This document shows positions 17,406 to 27,147 of a stretch of DNA of 64,000 nucleotides, one piece after another. The notes under the pieces are model-generated. The model was not told the DNA's origin and did no database searches. It worked only from the letters and a program-made list of their open reading frames with translations. Made by a program: the position numbers and the translations under genes. Within the stretch, counting starts at the first letter, position 1. Each line of letters starts with the position of its first letter. Origin of the DNA: Candidatus Kaiserbacteria bacterium (GTDB taxonomy: Bacteria; Patescibacteriota; Minisyncoccia; Phycocordibacterales; Phycocordibacteraceae); contig OY969413.1 of assembly GCA_963699165.1 (NCBI GenBank), forward strand, positions 596,562 to 660,561, read 5' to 3'.

Positions 17406-18833
17406 CTACACGGACTTTTCAACTGCACGGGCGCCCGCAAACAAAACATCTTCGCCTCCGTGGGGCGCGGTCAAATGAATGCCGATCGGCAATTGCTTCC
17501 CTTCCCGTTCAACGCGGCCCATCGGCACGGAGACGGCTGGCACGCCGGTCAGATTTGCGGTAACGGTGAAGATGTCTTCGAGATACATCGAAACTGGGTC
17601 GCTTTTCTCGCCGAACTTGAACGCGGGCGAAAGCGTTGTCGGAAATGCGATGATGTCCGCTTTTTTGAAAGCATCAGCGTATTCGCGGCGAAGCACGACG
17701 CGCGCCGCTTCCGCTTTGCGGTAATACGCGTCGATGTAGCCGGAGGAAAGCACAAACGTGCCGAGCAGGATGCGGCGAAGCGTTTCCTCCCCGAATCCTT
17801 CGGTGCGCGAAAGAACATAATCATCAAGCAATGTCTTCCCGCGTTTCGCAAGACCGTAGCGCATGCCGTCGAGACGCGCAAGGTTTGTAGAGACCTCGGC
17901 GGGCATAATGACGTAATAAGCCGCAAGCGCATACGAACTGGTTGGCAATTCAATGTCGACAATGGTGTGCCCGTCTTTTTTGAGTTTTTCGAGCGTTGCA
18001 TTAAACGCCGCGAGCACATCCGGATTTACTTCTTTACCGAGAAAATGCCGCGGAATGCCGATGCGCAATTTCGCCGGTGCCTTTTGTGCCGGATACAATC
18101 CTTCCGGAATCGTCGTCGAATCCATCGCGTCCAGGCCGCGAATCGCATCAAAAAGGATTCGCGCATCCTCGACCGTTTTTGCGAGCGGACCGATTTGGTC
18201 GAGCGACGAACCCATTGCGATGAGACCGTGGCGGGAAACGGAACCGTAGGTCGGCTTCATGCCGACGAGGCCGGTGAGAGCCGCGGGCTGGCGGATGGAG
18301 CCGCCGGTATCGGAGCCGAGCGCGGCAATGACAAAATGTGCGGCGACGGCGCACGCGGAACCGCCCGAGGAGCCGCCGGGCACGCGGCTCGTGTCGTGCG
18401 GGTTCCGCGTCTTCCCAAATGCGGAATGTTCCGTCGAGGAACCCATCGCGAACTCGTCCATGTTGGAGCGGCCGAGGAAAAGCGCGTCCGCGGCTTTCAA
18501 TTTCTGCACGACCGTTGCATCGTACGTGGCGCGATAATTCTCGAGCATTTTTGAGCCCGCGCTTACCAACTTTCCGTCTATCAAAATGTTGTCCTTGAGC
18601 GCAAGCGGAATCCCGCACAAAAGCGGCGCCTTTTCGCCTTCCGTGTCGATGCGTTTTTGCGCCTCCGCGATAGCCGCGGCGTCGCGCGGAAAAATTTCCA
18701 GAAATGCGTGCAGCTCCGGATTGCGCTTTTGCGCTTCTTCGTAGCACGCATCAAAGAGTTGTGCGACGGTAAGTTCCCGCGCGCGGAGAGCGCGGGCTGC
18801 CTGCACGATGGTCATTTCATTCGGCCGATTCAT
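17406..18833 (-). CDS. gatA: Glu-tRNA(Gln) amidotransferase subunit A
   Basis: amidase signature GGSSGGSA and full-length similarity pattern. Confidence 0.9.
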   Translation of the reverse strand: MNRPNEMTIVQAARALRARELTVAQLFDACYEEAQKRNPELHAFLEIFPRDAAAIAEAQKRIDTEGEKAPLLCGIPLALKDNILIDGKLVSAGSKMLENYRATYDATVVQKLKAADALFLGRSNMDEFAMGSSTEHSAFGKTRNPHDTSRVPGGSSGGSACAVAAHFVIAALGSDTGGSIRQPAALTGLVGMKPTYGSVSRHGLIAMGSSLDQIGPLAKTVEDARILFDAIRGLDAMDSTTIPEGLYPAQKAPAKLRIGIPRHFLGKEVNPDVLAAFNATLEKLKKDGHTIVDIELPTSSYALAAYYVIMPAEVSTNLARLDGMRYGLAKRGKTLLDDYVLSRTEGFGEETLRRILLGTFVLSSGYIDAYYRKAEAARVVLRREYADAFKKADIIAFPTTLSPAFKFGEKSDPVSMYLEDIFTVTANLTGVPAVSVPMGRVEREGKQLPIGIHLTAPHGGEDVLFAGARAVEKSV

Positions 18834-19119
18834 GAGAAATGATTTGCTTCACCGAAAGCGCATTGCCTTCGCGCGCCGAAAATTGCTCCGCGAGTTTTTC
18901 GGTATAGATGCCCCCTTTGTGCGGAACGCCGTCTTCGCGCATCACATTGCGCAATGCCGGCACTTCTTTTGTTGCGTCAACGGGAAGATTGAGCTCTTCG
19001 AGCTGCCCGACGTATGCGAGAATCGCGTCGAATTCCTTCGTAAATTTCTCGAGCTCGGAGTCCTCGACTTTGATGCGGGCCAGCGCCGCAAGTTTTTTTA
19101 CGTCTTCAATCGTTGCCAT
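18817..19119 (-). CDS. gatC: Glu-tRNA(Gln) amidotransferase subunit C
   Basis: about 100 aa, MATIEDVKKLAALARI...; immediately upstream of gatA; start at internal ATG 19117-19119. Confidence 0.8.
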   Translation of the reverse strand: MATIEDVKKLAALARIKVEDSELEKFTKEFDAILAYVGQLEELNLPVDATKEVPALRNVMREDGVPHKGGIYTEKLAEQFSAREGNALSVKQIISHESAE

Positions 19120-19205
19120 AACTGCACTGTACCACAGCACCAAAAAGCTTCCACTTGCCCACGCGGCGAAACATTCTTGGGTACTGGCTTTTGATGCGCG
19201 GCAGG

Positions 19206-21203
19206 TCACGACCCTATCTTCTTTAAAAACTCCGCTTCGTCGATGACGGGAATGCCTAGCTTCTGCGCGGCGGCGAGCTTGCTGCCCGGATTTTCGCCCG
19301 CGAGCACAAACGATGTTTTCGATGAAACGGACGAAGCGGCTTTCCCGCCGGCATTTCTCACCCGCGCTTCCGCTTCTTCGCGCGAGAGCGTCGGCAACGT
19401 GCCGGTTACGACCGCCGTTTGCCCGGTGAGCGGACCCTTTGCGGGCGCTTCGACTTTCTGAATTTTAAGGTGCTTCAAAAGTCGAGCGAGGAGCTCTCGA
19501 TTATTTTTATCGCCAAACCACTCGAAGACCGAGCGGCCGATAATCGGCCCGATGCCGTCGATGTTCGACAACGCCTCTTCGCCTGCCGACTGCAATTTCG
19601 CGAGTGTGCCGAAATGCGTCGCAAGTAAAAACGCCGTCTCGTCTCCGACGTGCGGAATGCCAAGCCCGATAAGCAACCGGTCGAACGGTACTTTTTTTGC
19701 GACCTCGACTGCGGCAACGAGTTTTGCCGCTTTCGTATCCTCGAATCCCTCGAGCGGAAGCAACTCGTCCTTTGTCAATTCAAAAATGTCGTCGAAATCC
19801 GAGATGAGATTTTGCTCCATCAAAAGCCGTACCGTTTCGCGCCCCATGCCGGCGATATCAAGCGCGCTCTTGCCCGCGAAATGCGACAGTTTGCGCGCCT
19901 GCTGTTCAAACGAGCCCGACACGACACACCGATGCGCCGCCTCGCCTTTCACGCGCTCGATGCTTCCATCGCCGCCGCACAGATTCGAGTGCACCGGAAA
20001 TTTCCACGGCTTTGCGTTTTTTGGGCGCAGTTCGATAATCACCGAAACGATTTCCGGAATGACGTCGCCCGCTTTTTGCAAAATGACCGTGTCGCCGATG
20101 CGAATATCTTTTTCGGTTATGAAGTCCTCGTTATGCAACGTCGCGCGGGCGACAATCGAGCCCGCAACCGCAACCGGACGCAGATGCGCGACCGGCGTAA
20201 GTTTGCCCGTGCGTCCGACCTGGAGCGTGATGTCTTCGACGATTGTCTGCACCTGCTCCGGCGGAAATTTATACGCTATGCCGAAACGCGGCGCTTTGCC
20301 CGTATACCCGAGCGTTTGCTGCTGCGCATATGATTCGACTTTGAGCACAACTCCGTCGATTTGATAATCCAGTTTTCCGCGCGCGCTGCCGTTCCACTTT
20401 TCCCAATACGCAAAAATGTCGTCGAGCGTTTCCGCATGCCGATGCTCCGGATTGACCGGAAACCCGAGCGCGGCAAGATAGTCGAGCTCGTCGCTTTGCG
20501 TTTTCGGAAACGGCTCGGACGTTTTCGCGATGTCGTACGTAAAAACCCGAAGCGGACGCGAAGCGGCGATGTTCGGGTCGAGCTGGCGGATTGAGCCCGC
20601 CGCGGCGTTTCGCGGATTTGCAAATTCGAACTCGCCCTCTTTTTTCCGCACTGCATTCAGCTTCGCAAGACCGGAACGCGTGAGATACACTTCGCCCTCG
20701 ACGATGATGTCAATGGGGCGTGCCAGCCGCTGCGGCACCGCCGCAATCGTACGGATGTTGTGGGTCACGTCTTCGCCGATGATGCCATCGCCGCGCGTTG
20801 CCGCCGTGGCGAGTATTCCCTTTTCGTACGTGAGCACTATTTTTAAACCGTCGATTTTGAGTTCCAGGTCGTACGTTGCGGGAATGCCGCTTACTTTTCG
20901 CACGCGCTCGTCGAACGCGCGGATGTCGTCTTCGGTAAATGCATCGTTAAATGACCATTGCTCAACCGCATGCCGGACTTTTTTCAAAAAAGGCAAAGGA
21001 GCGCCCGCGACGACCTGCGTCGGCGAGTCCGGTGTCACGAGCTCGGGATATTCTTCTTCAAGCGAGGCGAGCTCATATTTAAGCGAATCCAGCGCCTCCG
21101 GCGAAATGGGCGAAAGGTCTTTCTCGTGCTGGAGAGCGCGGTATTTCGTTATGGTCTCGCGAAGATGCGCGACGCGCTCGCGTATTTCTTTTGTCGCTTT
21201 CAT
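19206..21203 (-). CDS. ligA: NAD-dependent DNA ligase
   Basis: adenylation motif ELKIDGLKI, Zn-finger cysteines, HhH and BRCT regions; start at ATG 21201-21203. Confidence 0.9.
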   Translation of the reverse strand: MKATKEIRERVAHLRETITKYRALQHEKDLSPISPEALDSLKYELASLEEEYPELVTPDSPTQVVAGAPLPFLKKVRHAVEQWSFNDAFTEDDIRAFDERVRKVSGIPATYDLELKIDGLKIVLTYEKGILATAATRGDGIIGEDVTHNIRTIAAVPQRLARPIDIIVEGEVYLTRSGLAKLNAVRKKEGEFEFANPRNAAAGSIRQLDPNIAASRPLRVFTYDIAKTSEPFPKTQSDELDYLAALGFPVNPEHRHAETLDDIFAYWEKWNGSARGKLDYQIDGVVLKVESYAQQQTLGYTGKAPRFGIAYKFPPEQVQTIVEDITLQVGRTGKLTPVAHLRPVAVAGSIVARATLHNEDFITEKDIRIGDTVILQKAGDVIPEIVSVIIELRPKNAKPWKFPVHSNLCGGDGSIERVKGEAAHRCVVSGSFEQQARKLSHFAGKSALDIAGMGRETVRLLMEQNLISDFDDIFELTKDELLPLEGFEDTKAAKLVAAVEVAKKVPFDRLLIGLGIPHVGDETAFLLATHFGTLAKLQSAGEEALSNIDGIGPIIGRSVFEWFGDKNNRELLARLLKHLKIQKVEAPAKGPLTGQTAVVTGTLPTLSREEAEARVRNAGGKAASSVSSKTSFVLAGENPGSKLAAAQKLGIPVIDEAEFLKKIGS

Positions 21204-21210
21204 CTTCACA

Positions 21211-21315
21211 GTATACCCAGCACCAACCCCGATGACGAGCGTCAATCGAGGCAGACACCCATCACATCCATTGGATGTTAAAGACGAGCGTTGCACCCGT
21301 TGGTGCTGGGTATAC
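21211..21315 (-). promoter_or_regulatory. large imperfect-free hairpin (17-bp perfect stem, about 70-nt loop with internal palindrome) in ligA leader
   Basis: gtatacccagcaccaac at 21211-21227 pairs perfectly with gttggtgctgggtatac at 21299-21315; internal acatccattggatgt palindrome. Confidence 0.5.
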
Positions 21316-21335
21316 CGAATTCGACCAACCCGCGG

Positions 21336-21845
21336 CTAATAGTGGACTTTGAGGCCGCGCGAGGAAAAGCGGGCGCCGTTTGGAGCATCCACCGTAGCGC
21401 ACGAGGTGCTGTACCCCTGCGAGAAAATGTCCGCGCTACGCGCTTTGCCGGATGCATCAACGTATCCGGACGGATATTTGTAAATCGTCACGTCCGCGCA
21501 GCCGGAATTGATTGGAATTCTCCATTCTTTGATAATCCACGTGCTCCCCGACTTGCTCGACGAAAAATAATGGGGATCGGGAGAAGCGCCGCCGCAGGTC
21601 ATCGACTGTGGAAGATTCGGATAATTCGAGTATGCGAAATAATTTAGCTGTTGGTCGGCATCCAGCGCGCATTCGAGCGCGGCATCGGCGGCGTAAAACG
21701 CATATTGGGATAGAACTGCCGTGGAGGCGAGCACTTCCTGCTTATAGGCGAGCGAGCCGAGCGCAAGTCCGAGCGCGAGCATGACCGACATAAAAATGAC
21801 GGCAATGAGAAGCGCAAATCCTTTTTTTGTATTTTTCATTGCCAT
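21336..21845 (-). CDS. type IV pilus minor pilin (PilX-like)
   Basis: prepilin-type N-terminal hydrophobic segment KKGFALLIAVIFM. Confidence 0.6.
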   Translation of the reverse strand: MAMKNTKKGFALLIAVIFMSVMLALGLALGSLAYKQEVLASTAVLSQYAFYAADAALECALDADQQLNYFAYSNYPNLPQSMTCGGASPDPHYFSSSKSGSTWIIKEWRIPINSGCADVTIYKYPSGYVDASGKARSADIFSQGYSTSCATVDAPNGARFSSRGLKVHY

Positions 21846-22456
21846 TCCGTTAAGTTATCGGCCATGACGACCTGATACTGAAAGCCGTGGAAACTCCACG
21901 TTGTAGTCGCAGTAATAAGTTCCTCGGCCCCCGAGACGGGGGTCGCCTGAACCGAACGGGTGAATGGCGTGGCAGTACCGGAGCTTTTCACATTATAGAT
22001 GCCGCTTCCGTTCACATACAGGACGGGACACGACGAGCTAAGTCCGCTCGAACATTGTGCGAGAGCATAGTTTGACCCGGACACACCCGTGCCAACGGGC
22101 TGACTCATATCAAGTGAACATGCATAGCCCGCACCGCCGGCACCGCCGGTACACATATAGATATTTCCCGGATAGGACGGTGAGGCCTTGGACGAAGAAA
22201 GAAAATATAACCAGGCATCGGCTGTCGAGACCGGCGCGCCCGAATCGACCTGATATGCGTGCAGATATTCGCTATCGCGCATGGCGCGCACGTATTCGAT
22301 GCCCTCCTGCGAAAGATACAGCGCGGTCAGCTGATTGGCTGCATTTTGCGCGGCGACAATCGCGCGGTCGGCGGAGTACATGGGCCCTGCAACCGCAATC
22401 GCCATAATGGAGACCGCAACCATTGTTTCGACGAGAGTGAATCCTTTCATACTCAA
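21836..22456 (-). CDS. type IV pilin-like protein (prepilin N-terminal methylation domain)
   Basis: KGFTLVETMVAVSI leader. Confidence 0.65.
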   Translation of the reverse strand: MSMKGFTLVETMVAVSIMAIAVAGPMYSADRAIVAAQNAANQLTALYLSQEGIEYVRAMRDSEYLHAYQVDSGAPVSTADAWLYFLSSSKASPSYPGNIYMCTGGAGGAGYACSLDMSQPVGTGVSGSNYALAQCSSGLSSSCPVLYVNGSGIYNVKSSGTATPFTRSVQATPVSGAEELITATTTWSFHGFQYQVVMADNLTEWQ

Positions 22457-22983
22457 AAGTCCGTGCCGCGCATCTCCGCGGTCGTTTCTATATTGAACGA
22501 TCTTGTTTTCCCGCCGGAACCGACGGAAACCGTTCCCTGCACGATTATGGTAACCCGCGGCGCCAACTGGTCGGTTTTTTTACCGCCTGTCGTCGTAAAC
22601 GACAAGTTATTAATCGTCACCGAAGGGTCCGTGAGAGCCACGGCGGTGCCGCCCGCCGTTCTTCTCAATGCGCCGGAAACCGGGTCTTTATCGTAGGCAA
22701 CGGTGGTTCCTCCATTGTTAGTGAATGTAAAAGAATTAGACGTCCCGTCTGTTGTCGGATACCCCGTGCCGGTGCGAATTTCGCGCGTCATCGTCTCAAG
22801 TGCGAACGATAGATTGTCGATGCCGGTTGTGATACCTTCCGCCTGGCGGTTCAGACCGATAATCATAAAATACGCGCCCGCCGCAAGCGTTGTGATAATC
22901 GCAAAGAGTCCAAGCGAAACGATAAGTTCGACCAGCGTGTAGCCGGATCGCATGCGTGAAGATGTTGTACGGGTTACGGACAT
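22453..22983 (-). CDS. type IV minor pilin (PilV-like)
   Basis: SGYTLVELIVSLGL leader; start at ATG 22981-22983. Confidence 0.65.
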   Translation of the reverse strand: MSVTRTTSSRMRSGYTLVELIVSLGLFAIITTLAAGAYFMIIGLNRQAEGITTGIDNLSFALETMTREIRTGTGYPTTDGTSNSFTFTNNGGTTVAYDKDPVSGALRRTAGGTAVALTDPSVTINNLSFTTTGGKKTDQLAPRVTIIVQGTVSVGSGGKTRSFNIETTAEMRGTDF

Positions 22984-23702
22984 GATGAAGTGGCAACGGT
23001 TATTTCCCCGGACGACAGCACCGAGACATAGCGGAAACCGCCTTGGGGCGACGTGAGCGTGATACATGCCTGCGTTACCGGCGTCGTCGTCGAATACTGC
23101 GCATTCACGGTCAGAAACGGATTCGGATTCGGGCGTGCATACACGATATCAAGTGTCGACAACGTACCTTTTGAAACGCACTTCCATGTTCCATTCTGGT
23201 TTGCGCAGAAATCGCTTATCGTTATGCCGTTCCCCAGCGTGTACGTCGAGGCCGGACTATCCCCGGCATCGTAGGTACAATTGCCGGGCTGATCATCCGG
23301 CTCTGCCACGGCGACATCCGGCGCCGGATGGCAGTTGGTAGGCGGCTGGGCATATGCGGCAGGCGGATTCGTGTCGGCATAAAAGACAAATGTTTTGGTG
23401 GGAAGCGGCGTTGTAAGATACACGCCATATCCGACATTTTGCAGAGAGCCCGTCTGCTGACTGTTCGCGATGCCGAAGGTCTCGGCGGAACGAAGCGTGA
23501 GCGCGACATCGTAGGCGGCATTTGCCAACGTGAGTGTTTTGTTAAAATTGGTTTGGCTGACTATCGTAAGAACGCTGATGACACCTATAATCGCGAGCAC
23601 GACAAGAAGCTCAATCAAGGTGAACCCCGTAGTATTCCGAGACGGAGCGGTAGCGGCTTTTATAGACCGGGAAAAGAGCGAAGGAGAATGAAGGGATTCC
23701 AT
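22974..23702 (-). CDS. type IV minor pilin (GspH/FimT-like)
   Basis: [16 protein letters not shown] leader. Confidence 0.65.
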   Translation of the reverse strand: MESLHSPSLFSRSIKAATAPSRNTTGFTLIELLVVLAIIGVISVLTIVSQTNFNKTLTLANAAYDVALTLRSAETFGIANSQQTGSLQNVGYGVYLTTPLPTKTFVFYADTNPPAAYAQPPTNCHPAPDVAVAEPDDQPGNCTYDAGDSPASTYTLGNGITISDFCANQNGTWKCVSKGTLSTLDIVYARPNPNPFLTVNAQYSTTTPVTQACITLTSPQGGFRYVSVLSSGEITVATSSCP

Positions 23703-24439
23703 TGTGTAAAGTAGGCAAGAAGGAAGCCGGCGGCGAGAAACGGCGCAAACGGCACCTCAACTCCCATTCTAGAGCCACGAGGCCTCCGTGCCAATATGCA
23801 GATGCCGATAACTGCGCCAACCCAGAACGAGAAAACAAAGCCGGGAATAGCATCCGGACCCGCAAAAAGCGAGAGTCCGAACGCGAGCGGCGCATCCGAA
23901 AAACCCATAGCCCTCCCGCGCGATGCAAAATGAATAATCGCAAGAAATCCGCCGATGGCCGCCGCGACGGAGATGGTTACCGCAAAGGAAGCTTGCGACG
24001 GCGAGAGAAGAAAGGCGGTTGCCGCGCTCGCAAAAACAAACAGGCCCAGAATCGAGAGCGGAAGTATCTGGTGCGCGCAATCATAGAGAACGAGCGCGAG
24101 CAGCAGTGAAAGAACGAGGAGCACAAGCGGCAACGCCGGCGTAAAACCGACCTGAAGATACGCGAGTAAAAACAGCGCCCCCAAAAGGAATTCCGTGAAT
24201 GGCGCGATAACCGAAATGCGCGCGCCGCAACAACTCGCGCGGCCTCGATAAAGGAAATAGGACAGAATCGGAACGAGCGCGAGAGGGGCGAGCGGGGCGT
24301 TGCACGCATCACAGTGCGAACGGCCGGCGAGGAAACTCGAGCCGGTGTTGAGCCGCGCGGCAACCACGCCGACAAAACTTGCGACGATTGCTCCAAGCGC
24401 GAAAAAGAAGAAATACGCTGCAAACATTGCAACTATCAT
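23660..24439 (-). CDS. pilD: prepilin peptidase (A24 family)
   Basis: polytopic; CDAC...CCGARI zinc-binding motif; conserved Asp-containing loops. Confidence 0.8.
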   Translation of the reverse strand: MIVAMFAAYFFFFALGAIVASFVGVVAARLNTGSSFLAGRSHCDACNAPLAPLALVPILSYFLYRGRASCCGARISVIAPFTEFLLGALFLLAYLQVGFTPALPLVLLVLSLLLALVLYDCAHQILPLSILGLFVFASAATAFLLSPSQASFAVTISVAAAIGGFLAIIHFASRGRAMGFSDAPLAFGLSLFAGPDAIPGFVFSFWVGAVIGICILARRPRGSRMGVEVPFAPFLAAGFLLAYFTQWNPFILLRSFPGL

Positions 24440-24490
24440 AGCAGAGTCCCGCAGCAAAACCGCGGGACGCTGCTTCGGCATTTTTCTTTT

Positions 24491-24937
24491 TCAACAACTC
24501 GGTCCTGAAATTGCGGACGCACGAGATCCGGCGAAGCCGCTTGAATCGATGCACCAAAACCTTCCGGTCGATAACAGCATCGAGATGGCGTATTGCTGAA
24601 CGCTCGGACCGACCGAGGTGTAACAATTCGCGGTTGCGTGGCCGATTTGTTGCGTGGTCGTAATTATGCCGCTGATTTTTGAATCGCTGAAAAAGAGAGT
24701 CCCCGGACGCGTGCAATCTCCGCTAGTTGCAGCGATTCCGTATTTATTGCCGTTATTCCCATAATACACCTCTGCTTGCGTTTGCAGCGTATTGAAATCC
24801 GACTGGATCGCCGCATCGTTTGCCTCCGAACGCGCCAAACTTAGCACGGCAATAATTATCGACGAAAGTATGCCGATGATAGCGACAACCACAAGAAGTT
24901 CTATGAGGGTAAATCCTCTTCTTTTCTTAAAGTGCAT
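24491..24937 (-). CDS. type IV pilin (major pilin paralog)
   Basis: [19 protein letters not shown] class III signal; C-terminal Cys pair. Confidence 0.8.
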   Translation of the reverse strand: MHFKKRRGFTLIELLVVVAIIGILSSIIIAVLSLARSEANDAAIQSDFNTLQTQAEVYYGNNGNKYGIAATSGDCTRPGTLFFSDSKISGIITTTQQIGHATANCYTSVGPSVQQYAISMLLSTGRFWCIDSSGFAGSRASAISGPSC

Positions 24938-25041
24938 ACTGATATCACTGAGTATATCGCAGAAAAAGAAATCCCCGTTTTGTAGCGGGGATTTCTTTTT
25001 TATTTTTCTGAAAATTCTCGGACGGACGCCTCAAAATTTTT

Positions 25042-25353
25042 TTACGGGCAAACTACTCCGCCAGCAAGGGGGCTTGAGGACGTGGAAGCCCTGTCGGTCG
25101 AATCGGTGCACCAATAAACCGTTCCCGACGGAGCGTTGAGCTGTGCTTGTATCGCATAGGACGATCCGCCCGGTCCCGTGTTGCAGGCGATATAACCGCC
25201 GTTTGAAAGCGTTTTGGCACTGACAACGGCAGCGGAGATTGTCGGATCATTCCACAAGGTGCCGGCCGTTCCCGTCGGACAGCTGCCACTATTGCTGGTC
25301 CCGGAACCGAAGTTGTTTCTGCCGTTTGTGCTGTAATAGACCTCCGCCTGCGT
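25042..25353 (-). pseudogene. pilin paralog, C-terminal fragment separated from its 5' part by the IS30 insertion
   Basis: TQAEVYYS... continues exactly where fragment 26414..26573 stops, compared with intact paralog [10 protein letters not shown]. Confidence 0.7.
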
Positions 25354-26413
25354 CGGCACCCAAACCCCTCAATTCGAACGACGGTTTTTTGCGCTCCTCT
25401 GAGCGCGTTGTTTCTTTTCCGCAGCATACGCCTCATCTGGCGTGAGTGAACCGAGCACATCCATGAAGCGGCGATTCATCTTTGCTTCGAGTTTCTGCAC
25501 AAATCTTTTTGAATACTTTGAAATATCCGAGCTTTTCGGGATGTACCGCCGCAAGTCCTTGTTCAGATTCTCGATTGATGGCTTCTCCCATGGCGCATGC
25601 ACATGACAGAAATATATCTTCACCCCAAGCACCTTCTCTAGCCGTTTGTGTTCGAGAAAGAGAATATCGTTGTCGAATGTGATGGTCTGCATCTCGGGAT
25701 ACCGCTTTTTCATTCTGCGAAGCGCTCGCTCCACGTTTCGCACTGACACTGGCAGGATCCGCTCCAGCAGGTTTTTGCGCACCCTGCGATCCCGCAGACC
25801 AAGAATGATGCCTTGACCGCTCTTGCCCGACACGATGAAGTCGCCCTCCATGTGACCCAATCCCCATCGCTTGTTGATTTTGCTCGGTCGTTTGTCGATC
25901 AGGCGCTTGTCGGCAATGTGTGGTTTCGATGGCCGAGAGCGTCGCCTCTTCTTGAATACCTTTGCTCGATGCGACTCGATCCGTCTGCCATACGGGCTCT
26001 TGATATATCGGCGTATAGCCGAGGATGAAGCATATCCGATATCCTTCTCGATCCGCTTCAATCGAAGTGAGATGTTTTCGGGCGACTGATCGTCGAAGAG
26101 ATGCGCCTCGATGAACTTCCGGAGCTTCGGGTCGAGAGCAATCATCTTGCCGACCGCTCGGCTGTATTTCCTTCGTACGTATGAAATGTGATGCGCATAT
26201 GCAGCATCATACGGCCGTCCCTTCCTCTTCTTTTGCGTCTCGTACCATATGACACTCTTCGGTCGGTCGAGTGCATCTCCGACATCTTGCAAAGAGTATC
26301 CCTTCGCTAACAGTATCTGTATTTCGTCTCGTTCGGACTTTGTGAAGTGCGCACCGCCGGAGGTTTTTTCATTCGCTCAATGTATCAAACGTTCGAATTC
26401 AAAAGACCAGTCG
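25354..26413 (-). mobile_element. IS30-family insertion sequence inserted in a pilin gene, 3-bp target duplication
   Basis: about 27-bp imperfect terminal IRs with AATTCGAACG core; CGT/ACG duplicated at 25351-25353 and 26414-26416; DDE transposase inside. Confidence 0.7.
25369..26372 (-). pseudogene. IS30-family transposase, N-terminal HTH out of frame (homopolymer frameshift)
   Basis: DDE motifs GHMEGDF, TFDNDILF, APWEKPSIENLNKDLRRY. ATG at 26370-26372 gives MKKPPAV...stop, while the HTH (HFTKSERDEIQILLAKGYSL) is in the +1 frame; an extra A in the A6 run would restore it. Confidence 0.65.
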
Positions 26414-26573
26414 CCGTCTGAATCGTGTGCAGATTGTCTTGGATGCCGGCATCGCTTGCTTTTGTGCGCGCCACACCGAGTGCCGCAAGCACGACCGCCG
26501 AGAGGATGCCGATGATGGCGATGACGACAAGAAGTTCGATGAGCGTAAAGCCGTGGCTTCTTTTTTGAATCAT
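26414..26573 (-). pseudogene. pilin paralog, N-terminal fragment (prepilin leader + alpha1 helix)
   Basis: [30 protein letters not shown]...HTIQT then IS sequence. Confidence 0.7.
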
Positions 26574-26679
26574 GAGCTTGTATAAATGACTATGCAGTAA
26601 AGTATACCGTACAAAAAAGAAATCCCCCGTTTGTATGGGAGATTTCTTTTTTGCACATCTGCCGTATTTCGCCGGATAA

Positions 26680-27147
26680 CTACGGGCAGCTGACTACGCC
26701 ACTCAGCAACTGGGTCGATGAAGTTGCAGCCCTGCCGGTCGAGTCAACGCACCAATATACAGTCCCCGCAGGTGCATTGAGTTGCGCCTGAATGGCGTAA
26801 TTCGATCCGGTGCTGTTACAGGTTATAGTCCCACCCTTTGCAATGGACGCTGCGCCGAGTACGGCATTCTTGATGGTCGTATCCGCCCACAGTCCGGAAC
26901 TATTTGGGCAGGTGTTCGAGTTTGCCGCGGGAGTATTGCTGACCGTAGCCCCATAGGAGTTTGCTCCGGTACCGCCATAGTAAATTTCCGCCTGGGTCTG
27001 GATGGTATTGAGGTCTGATTCTAGGCCTGCGTCGTTTCCTTTCGAACGTGCAGTACTCAAGGATGCGAGCACGACCGCCGAGAGAATGCCGATGATGGCG
27101 ATGACGACGAGGAGTTCGATGAGCGTAAAGCCGCGTTGTTCTTTCAT
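26680..27147 (-). CDS. type IV pilin paralog A
   Basis: [23 protein letters not shown]; variable C-terminal half. Confidence 0.8.
   Translation of the reverse strand: MKEQRGFTLIELLVVIAIIGILSAVVLASLSTARSKGNDAGLESDLNTIQTQAEIYYGGTGANSYGATVSNTPAANSNTCPNSSGLWADTTIKNAVLGAASIAKGGTITCNSTGSNYAIQAQLNAPAGTVYWCVDSTGRAATSSTQLLSGVVSCP

Noticed and set aside
17460-21339. Long antisense ORFs opposite gatA and ligA (for example 17460..18554, 19552..20364, 20530..21339)
   Set aside because: These are GC-rich antisense frames with Arg/Ser/Pro-biased nonsense composition. The sense-strand genes are highly conserved.
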